This document shows, in pieces, positions 55,304-64,000 of a DNA stretch of 64,000 nucleotides. The stretch is from assembly GCA_973851085.1 (NCBI GenBank), contig OZ316776.1, forward strand, positions 12,214,001 to 12,278,000, given 5' to 3'. The notes beneath the pieces were generated by a model. The model was not told the origin of the DNA. It worked only from the letters and a program-made list of their open reading frames with translations, and ran no database searches. This stretch comes from Ptychomitrium polyphyllum. Lineage: Eukaryota. The translations under genes and the position numbers were made by a program. How positions within the stretch are numbered: the stretch's first letter is position 1; every line of letters starts with the position of its first letter.

Positions 55304-56257
55304 CATGCATGCATGCATACAACGGGAAACGGACCAGATCACATGCATTACGTTCAACGGGTTCTGCGAATCGAAGCACTGCAAACTGCGTGTGAGATGA
55401 TCACCTGCAGGTGGCCTCGCCGCCCTTGAGCGTGACGGGGCACTTGATGTGGCAGCCGCCGCAGTTGTAGATGTCCTTGCCCACGTCCTTCTCGCAGCCG
55501 TTGCTCCAGATGTTGCCGTCGCAGTTCGCCCACCCCGGAGTGCACACGGGCTCCTGGCAGTTGCCGCCGCTGCACTTGGTCACGGCGTAGGGGACCTGCT
55601 TGCAGCACTTGCCGCACGTGCCGCAGTTCTTGGGGTCCTTGCCCACGTCCGTCTCGCAGCCGTTGCTCCAGAGGTTGCCGTCGCAGTTGGCCCACCCGGG
55701 CTTGCAGGTGTAGTCGCAGTGCCCGTCGTTACACTTGACGATGGTGTAGGGGAGGGGCTTGCACTTCTTGCCGCAGTCGCCGCAGTTGTTCACGTCGGTC
55801 TTGACGCAGGTCTCACAGCCGGGCCGGTAGGAGTCGCAGTCCTTGTACCCCGCCGGGCACGACGTCCACGCGTCCGCGCTGCCTGCAGTTGCAACCACGT
55901 TCGCGTAAGTGTCCTTGTTCGCAATGCCAAACACATGAGTTCAGTGGTCGGGGGCCGAATGGTGAGCCACTGTGTAGGGCATCATTCATGGCAAATCAAG
56001 AAGGCAGATTCGGATGTCTACAGCAATCATAGTAAGCATACAGCCGTTTGTGCCAAGCCCGTCATGTAGCAGCACCGAGACAGAGTCTGCTCCATTGGCT
56101 AGTAAATAACTCGTCCTTGGAGGAGTCTCGAAGTTGATAGTAATGTGGGCGAAGAGATCAGGCCAGTGGGGATGCAGGGGACCTTACCAATGAAGAGCAC
56201 CACCAGAGTGGCAGCCAGCAGGAGGCCCGCGTGTCGCCATTGCTGCGAGGTCGCCAT
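55105..56257 (-). CDS. Secreted cysteine-rich repeat protein, STIG1-like (copy 1, 208 aa)
   Basis: Exons 56257-56188 (MATSQQWRHAGLLLAATLVVLFI, signal-peptide-like), 55882-55405 and 55183-55105 (..KCCVRSY*); GT-AG and in frame. Three repeats of GCExxVxxDxxNCGxCxxxC. TATA box at 56386-56393. Confidence 0.88.
55271..55318. repeat. (AC)15 microsatellite followed by an (ATGC)4 RY-type repeat in intron 2
   Basis: Read directly. The second copy at 61020-61065 has (AC)14. Confidence 0.9.
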
Positions 56258-56385
56258 CGCTAAGCAGGCACGCCTCTGATCGGTAGGACCGTAAGCGGTG
56301 AAGCTGAAGGATCGGACTGGGGAAGGCGGAATGCGAGCAGGCTGCAGAGATGAGGATACGATGAGAGTAACGAAGCAGAGGGGAG

Positions 56386-56393
56386 CTTATATA
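56386..56393 (-). promoter_or_regulatory. TATA box of Cys-rich gene copy 1
   Basis: Minus-strand TATATAAG ~130 nt upstream of the ATG, followed by a pyrimidine-rich leader. Confidence 0.7.
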
Positions 56394-59300
56394 CTGATTC
56401 AGGGGCCGTGCAGCCGGCGCTCTGCAGTAAGCTTCCTGGTCAGGACTTTGACGAAATCGAGAAGTTGCCCACTATTCCGTTTCCTTGTGGACGTAAAGTT
56501 TCGTCGCGTCGATTTCTACTTTCAACCACCAGGTGACGAGGATCCCAAGTCTAGCGGAATGGACGGAGAGTGTACTGTTGAAGCTCTGGCAGCTCTTCGA
56601 AGGATTATTCATCATGTTAAACCCCTACCACGCTTGTCTTTCGCAGTCAGGCATTATGGATATGGTTGACAGTGCCTTGGCCTAGGGCAGCTACAGTATC
56701 AAACACGGGCACGAGTTTCCGCGTATTGCAGCAGCAAGCTGGTGCCCAATGTCCACTTGAGTCAACCCAGATTTTCCGAGTCCGATCCAGTCGTTTTAGA
56801 AACTGTACCAAAATGTCAACGCTGTAGCTCATGTGCATGCAATCGCTTCCTCAGCTCTATGTCGAGACCCGGGCCATAGCCAGTGGATACGCAGCACCGG
56901 CCGTATCCACAGAGAGAATTACCTGTCATCGATAATTTGTGGAGGGGTGGTAGATGCATGGGCACGACTTGACGTTTGTGGAACATGCATCTCGTTGTTC
57001 GATTTTTCTGTCTCCGGTCCAGTGGTGCCCGACATCCCTAGCTTAGGCATGACATTGTGAAAGTTGAGGCGTACCCAAATGTCAAATCTGCCGTTCGGAA
57101 TGCTAGTAAACCTGTGTCTTACATTGTAATGCTTTCTGAATCCACATCAGCAATGAGTCACGGTGATAGAGGCCGTGACAGGGTGTAAAGTTGTGATTAG
57201 AGTTTGAAATGCATTGTCATAACGAAACTTGGCATCGTGGAGCTACTTTTGCACACTGGTGAGCATCCTTGATTAGTATGGAAGAGATTGTTGGATACTG
57301 TACGTACTGCAGTCGGTGCTTCACATTTTTTGGTTTAATTCGGACATTATCTGCTCTGGTCACAAATAAATGATAAGATTTTTTGAAGGCGTAGAATTTG
57401 AATCGAAAGCCTTGTCGGTAAGAAAGTGTGCGTCATCGGACTTCCTTCTGGGGAGAAAGTTTGGCTAACGGATGAGCAGCTCACGTGTTTCACGTTCTTC
57501 TGAAACTAAAGATCTTCCTGCCAGAGCTTTGCTATTATTACGAATGAAATGTATTTTGCATAAGAAAGTTACAGATGTTTGGCGACATAATTTGATCGAC
57601 TCTGACTGGCTGTTACAGATGAAAGGAGGAGCTTCCACGAAGCCTAACTCGATCTAGGAAGCAGTCTTCGTTTGGCCTCCGTCTCAGTCATCTGACGATA
57701 ACTTGTCTCTGAACGTGCATTGACAGACATCAGCACTTGATTCTTCATTAGGTTTGTAGCTCTCCAATTCGATAGCTCTTCATTGTGCACATGCAGTGTG
57801 TTAGTGCAGTAGCAAAATCCTATTTCAACGTTTATGCCAAGATTTTATAGACCAAAGAAACCAGCTGACTAACATTCCAAACGTCTCTGCAGTCCTGTAG
57901 ACCCTCAGCAACAAGTTGACAAAAGTAATGCAAGAAGTCACAAAATGTCAAACGGGAAGAATGAGTCAAATATGTATCTGACGGATGTTTCAGAAACTTG
58001 GAAGTCAGACCCTGTCAGAACTTTGAGGGGCGTATTGGTTTACTGTACCTCCTATCCCCGAAAGGGTCTACTCCAAAACAGCTCCTTTCAACTCAGTTAA
58101 ACTAAACGCTTATCGAAGTTTGTGGTTTATATGCCAGGAGAGCTTTTCGGATATCTGACATTAAAGACGATGTCTTGACCGATGAGATACTTGCAGATCG
58201 ATGCTCAGGAGTCAGGACGAGTACTCATTCCCTCACTCCACGCATGCCACAATGTCCACAAGATAAAAATTATGTGTGACAAATTTGTAAGTTAATATGG
58301 AAAATTTTATTTAAAATCTCTTGAGTAAAATCCGTCATTGATTGCCAAGCCGTAGTAACGCGTCTACAGCCCGTCTGGAGAAGGATCCACGTCTTGGCTT
58401 TGCATAATGGTGTTAACTTTGTTGCGTATTGAAGATTGATTTGCAATCAGTCAAAAGGGACTGAATAGGTGAGATTGCCTAGCCGATTTCTTGAGGTCAG
58501 CGCCCTTCAAACTTCAGTGAACTTTTCGGAAGAGCACATTAATCTATGTGCAATGTCATAGAAAAAGTCAAATACTCCACTGGTTCTGCGTTGCAATCGA
58601 CGGTTAGATAGCTGGAGCATTATTGTTCGTCCGTGTATCTCGTTTTCGAGGGGAAGCAGCTCATCACTATGACGTTACCAACGAGGCTATAAATAGAAGC
58701 TGTGCTTCGACTTCCTATCCAGCAACTGGAGTCTCGAGAGTCGGTGCACGAGTTAGAGAATGTACTGCGTCGCAAAGGATGGTCTAAATTGAGTGTCAAT
58801 TTTGTCCATTACCCTCGAGTACGGATAACGTCCTCAGGATATCCAATTAGGCTTGTCGTGTGGTTGACTTAAATGTCGTGAGTGGTGACGGCCTGTTTAG
58901 ATGAGCAACTACTACTAGATCGTCGACCAGGCCAAAGAGTTGCTTCATCTACAATCTAGATGAATTCGCTCTACTCCAGAGATCCCAGCAGACATGCTCT
59001 ATACATTGTCTGCTTTGAATTTCGTGCCTCCTGGTATAGGAAGAACATTCGTGATATAAATGGTACACCTTAACTCGAACCCAATATTTTTGTTAATTTT
59101 GATGCAGGTCAGGATAATATGATTTTTTTGTTTTGTCATTCGAAAGGCACCCGTGTTCTCATTAGTAGGATTTCATATGAGGTTGGAGATGTGCTATAAA
59201 ATTCTAGTTTTACACTTCAAATATTGTTATTGTAAGATTGGAGCAGTTTCCCAACAAGTTGCCATTTGCCACTTTTCTCCTACCATTAGTTATCCGGAAC

Positions 59301-60853
59301 CCAAGTTGCACATCAAGCACATGATTAAGTAATTAAGTTTGAGCAGCTCCTAATGTCCTTGTTAGTTGTATGCATTAGTATCTTAAAGTGCGTTTCATGC
59401 ATTGTGTGATGGGATTGATATCTTGGAAGCTAAGTGCATCTCCACTATACACACCAAAATGTCAAAATATAATCATTTTATTCACATGAACTCATCAAGT
59501 CAATTACAATTGTTGAGTGAGGTGTAGTGGTTCATTCAAACAAAAAAATATGGTGATGTTCCTCAAATTACATATACAATAAAGTTATAAGAAATGTAGT
59601 TTTGTCATCCTTCATCCAAATCTAGAGTTCTTTATGCCTAATTTATATGATTTTTTGATGTGCATTTGATTTTGGCATTTTTGAATGTTAATTCCATATA
59701 AATAAATTTTTTAAGAATTTTTTTTGGCACTTTATATGTGCACAAGAGATGGTTTAATATACCAAAGTGCAAACATTGGCATATTTAGCTTTAGGGGCCA
59801 ACCATAATTCATTGAATCATTGATCAATATATTGTCCATCCATTGCACAAGACAAATTACACCTTTCATGCTTCAAAAGCATTCACTACAATTTTTAAGA
59901 ATCTCATTTTTCTATAAAAACACTTGCCATATATGGTGCATTATTACAAAATGGTGAGAGTATTATTAAGTATATAAAAAAATTATCAATTGAAATATCA
60001 TTGTACGAAGTATACATATAATTAGTGTATTTAGAATTGAAGGTAAAGATGTATAAATATATTAGGCACAAATAAAAGAGAAAAATAAACTACAAAACTT
60101 TATAAACATATATGAGGGATGTTTTAGGAGGAGAACACAACAGCTACTCTAGTCTTTTGAACAAGTAATAAAAGCATGTGCTTAATAAATATAATAAAAA
60201 CTATATCCACAAATAAAAATTGACAATGGATCATGTATTAATAGACATGCCAATCATTCATTGTGTCATTGTTCTAGTTGAACAAATTAGAATATCCATA
60301 ATATAAAAATGATAATTAACATGTTAGAAATTTACAAAATGCTAACGTTTATTTTTTTTGAAATATTCATAGCCAATCATTGTGAAACTAGGAAAATTGA
60401 GAATCAAAAACCTGCAAATCTTTTTGATCATATACTTAACATGTATTGGCTCTTCAAAATGATAAAATTTTCAACCATTTGAAGCAAAGTTCTTCAAACA
60501 AGGGTCCTTCACTCTTTATTTGTTGTTTCGAAGTGTTGCAAACTACATAAAACCATCCCCAGCTTCCAGAAATATCACCTTGGAATGCATTATAATACAA
60601 GAAAAGTAATCACTTTCAGCACAATCGTTGGGTACATCTTTACGCTGAACAGATTACCTCACTAGTGCATATTAAACACACAAATACTTCTATACAACAC
60701 GACCGCTGGCACTAACAAAACGCTGCCGGCAACAACGTTCACATCATGATGAGTACTTTATTTAATGCGGATCCAGACGGCCTCCCACGATTCAACTCGC
60801 GACACCCTCAACATAATCTAGCAGGATCCCCGTATAACAGCTGTCGACGCCCA

Positions 60854-61019
60854 TCAGTAGCTGCGGACGCAGCACTTGGTGGCCTTGTCGAACTTCGTGC
60901 CCTTCTTGCACTGCTGCCCGCACTTGCCCTTGCTGCCATGGCCGACAACAGATTGCACAGCAACGGTAACATCAGCACATCGACTGTTTCGCAGCTCCAC
61001 AATCGATCGATGTATATCG

Positions 61020-61050
<31 letters not shown>

Positions 61051-62004
61051 CATGCATGCATGCATACAACGGGAAACGGACCAGATCACATGCATTACGT
61101 TCAACGGGTTCTGCGAATCGAAGCACTGCAAACTGCGTGTGAGATGATCACCTGCAGGTGGCCTCGCCGCCCTTGAGCGTGACGGGGCACTTGATGTGGC
61201 AGCCGCCGCAGTTGTAGATGTCCTTGCCCACGTCCTTCTCGCAGCCGTTGCTCCAGATGTTGCCGTCGCAGTTCGCCCACCCCGGAGTGCACACGGGCTC
61301 CTGGCAGTTGCCGCCGCTGCACTTGGTCACGGCGTAGGGGACCTGCTTGCAGCACTTGCCGCACGTGCCGCAGTTCTTGGGGTCCTTGCCCACGTCCGTC
61401 TCGCAGCCGTTGCTCCAGAGGTTGCCGTCGCAGTTGGCCCACCCGGGCTTGCAGGTGTAGTCGCAGTGCCCGTCGTTACACTTGACGATGGTGTAGGGGA
61501 GGGGCTTGCACTTCTTGCCGCAGTCGCCGCAGTTGTTCACGTCGGTCTTGACGCAGGTCTCACAGCCGGGCCGGTAGGAGTCGCAGTCCTTGTACCCCGC
61601 CGGGCACGACGTCCACGCGTCCGCGCTGCCTGCAGTTGCAACCACGTTCGCGTAAGTGTCCTTGTTCGCAATGCCAAACACATGAGTTCAGTGGTCGGGG
61701 GCCGAATGGTGAGCCACTGTGTAGGGCATCATTCATGGCAAATCAAGAAGGCAGATTCGGATGTCTACAGCAATCATAGTAAGCATACAGCCGTTTGTGC
61801 CAAGCCCGTCATGTAGCAGCACCGAGACAGAGTCTGCTCCATTGGCTAGTAAATAACTCGTCCTTGGAGGAGTCTCGAAGTTGATAGTAATGTGGGCGAA
61901 GAGATCAGGCCAGTGGGGATGCAGGGGACCTTACCAATGAAGAGCACCACCAGAGTGGCAGCCAGCAGGAGGCCCGCGTGTCGCCATTGCTGCGAGGTCG
62001 CCAT
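60854..62004 (-). CDS. Secreted cysteine-rich repeat protein, STIG1-like (copy 2, 208 aa, same protein as copy 1)
   Basis: Exons 62004-61935, 61629-61152 and 60932-60854. Minus-strand AATAAA at ~60757-60762 downstream of the stop. Confidence 0.88.
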
Positions 62005-62132
62005 CGCTAAGCAGGCACGCCTCTGATCGGTAGGACCGTAAGCGGTGAAGCTGAAGGATCGGACTGGGGAAGGCGGAATGCGAGCAGGCTGCAGAGATGA
62101 GGATACGATGAGAGTAACGAAGCAGAGGGGAG

Positions 62133-62140
62133 CTTATATA
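62133..62140 (-). promoter_or_regulatory. TATA box of Cys-rich gene copy 2
   Basis: Same TATATAAG as copy 1. Confidence 0.7.
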
Positions 62141-64000
62141 CTGATTCAGGGGCCGTGCAGCCGGCGCTCTGCAGTAAGCTTCCTGGTCAGGACTTTGACG
62201 AAATCGAGAAGTTGCCCACTATTCCGTTTCCTTGTGGACGTAAAGTTTCGTCGCGTCGATTTCTACTTTCAACCACCAGGTGACGAGGATCCCAAGTCTA
62301 GCGGAATGGACGGAGAGTGTACTGTTGAAGCTCTGGCAGCTCTTCGAAGGATTATTCATCATGTTAAACCCCTACCACGCTTGTCTTTCGCAGTCAGGCA
62401 TTATGGATATGGTTGACAGTGCCTTGGCCTAGGGCAGCTACAGTATCAAACACGGGCACGAGTTTCCGCGTATTGCAGCAGCAAGCTGGTGCCCAATGTC
62501 CACTTGAGTCAACCCAGATTTTCCGAGTCCGATCCAGTCGTTTTAGAAACTGTACCAAAATGTCAACGCTGTAGCTCATGTGCATGCAATCGCTTCCTCA
62601 GCTCTATGTCGAGACCCGGGCCATAGCCAGTGGATACGCAGCACCGGCCGTATCCACAGAGAGAATTACCTGTCATCGATAATTTGTGGAGGGGTGGTAG
62701 ATGCATGGGCACGACTTGACGTTTGTGGAACATGCATCTCGTTGTTCGATTTTTCTGTCTCCGGTCCAGTGGTGCCCGACATCCCTAGCTTAGGCATGAC
62801 ATTGTGAAAGTTGAGGCGTACCCAAATGTCAAATCTGCCGTTCGGAATGCTAGTAAACCTGTGTCTTACATTGTAATGCTTTCTGAATCCACATCAGCAA
62901 TGAGTCACGGTGATAGAGGCCGTGACAGGGTGTAAAGTTGTGATTAGAGTTTGAAATGCATTGTCATAACGAAACTTGGCATCGTGGAGCTACTTTTGCA
63001 CACTGGTGAGCATCCTTGATTAGTATGGAAGAGATTGTTGGATACTGTACGTACTGCAGTCGGTGCTTCACATTTTTTGGTTTAATTCGGACATTATCTG
63101 CTCTGGTCACAAATAAATGATAAGATTTTTTGAAGGCGTAGAATTTGAATCGAAAGCCTTGTCGGTAAGAAAGTGTGCGTCATCGGACTTCCTTCTGGGG
63201 AGAAAGTTTGGCTAACGGATGAGCAGCTCACGTGTTTCACGTTCTTCTGAAACTAAAGATCTTCCTGCCAGAGCTTTGCTATTATTACGAATGAAATGTA
63301 TTTTGCATAAGAAAGTTACAGATGTTTGGCGACATAATTTGATCGACTCTGACTGGCTGTTACAGATGAAAGGAGGAGCTTCCACGAAGCCTAACTCGAT
63401 CTAGGAAGCAGTCTTCGTTTGGCCTCCGTCTCAGTCATCTGACGATAACTTGTCTCTGAACGTGCATTGACAGACATCAGCACTTGATTCTTCATTAGGT
63501 TTGTAGCTCTCCAATTCGATAGCTCTTCATTGTGCACATGCAGTGTGTTAGTGCAGTAGCAAAATCCTATTTCAACGTTTATGCCAAGATTTTATAGACC
63601 AAAGAAACCAGCTGACTAACATTCCAAACGTCTCTGCAGTCCTGTAGACCCTCAGCAACAAGTTGACAAAAGTAATGCAAGAAGTCACAAAATGTCAAAC
63701 GGGAAGAATGAGTCAAATATGTATCTGACGGATGTTTCAGAAACTTGGAAGTCAGACCCTGTCAGAACTTTGAGGGGCGTATTGGTTTACTGTACCTCCT
63801 ATCCCCGAAAGGGTCTACTCCAAAACAGCTCCTTTCAACTCAGTTAAACTAAACGCTTATCGAAGTTTGTGGTTTATATGCCAGGAGAGCTTTTCGGATA
63901 TCTGACATTAAAGACGATGTCTTGACCGATGAGATACTTGCAGATCGATGCTCAGGAGTCAGGACGAGTACTCATTCCCTCACTCCACGCATGCCACAAT

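Larger units (their letters stand above)
55100..64000. repeat. Near-identical direct segmental duplication, period ~5.75 kb (55100-58253 matches 60849-64000, continuing off the window)
   Basis: Identical ORF pairs at a 5747-nt offset. The only difference noticed is (AC)15 versus (AC)14 in intron 2. Left homology boundary at 55100/60849. Confidence 0.95.

Noticed and set aside
55401..55934. ORF-track start MFGIANK.. and stop at 55401 for the Cys-rich protein
   Set aside because: Both ends lie in introns. The spliced model gives a signal peptide and a proper C-terminus.
55449..56069. 206-aa plus-strand ORF (and its copy at 61196-61816)
   Set aside because: Antisense shadow of the very high-GC3 Cys-rich exon. 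The Ala/Val-rich translation has no independent support.
56298..57657. Several plus- and minus-strand ORFs repeated identically at 62045-63404
   Set aside because: Their recurrence reflects only the recent duplication. They lie in the promoter region and show no domains.

Overview
Eukaryotic plant genomic DNA. It is most like a moss such as Physcomitrium; this is inferred from gene style, AT-rich relic tracts and a Tcn1/Tf1-type chromovirus. Supported contents: (1) an 11-exon APE2-type AP endonuclease gene with PIP box and Zf-GRF (8661-12946 +); (2) a full-length but decayed Ty3/gypsy chromovirus (13963-20035 -) with two LTRs, GTGTC target-site duplication, PPT, a self-priming-type PBS and an unexplained extra ORF before the 3' LTR; (3) a conserved plant protein of unknown function with an intron-spanning overlapping uORF (21770-22564 +); (4) an L-type lectin receptor kinase pseudogene (~25.1-26.9 kb); (5) a small two-exon CxCAPTxHxGSFRCxxH-motif gene (31147-31723 -); (6) an 8-exon Bin3/MePCE-like RNA methyltransferase gene (50629-53080 +); (7) two nearly identical tandem copies of a 3-exon secreted Cys-rich STIG1-like gene (55105-56257 and 60854-62004, both -) that share CDS and promoter but not 3' UTR. 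Large AT-rich, CpG-poor tracts (1.7-8.0 kb, ~32.5-49.9 kb) look like eroded transposon DNA. All exon structures were worked out by hand from GT/AG sites and frame continuity; no database searches were run.
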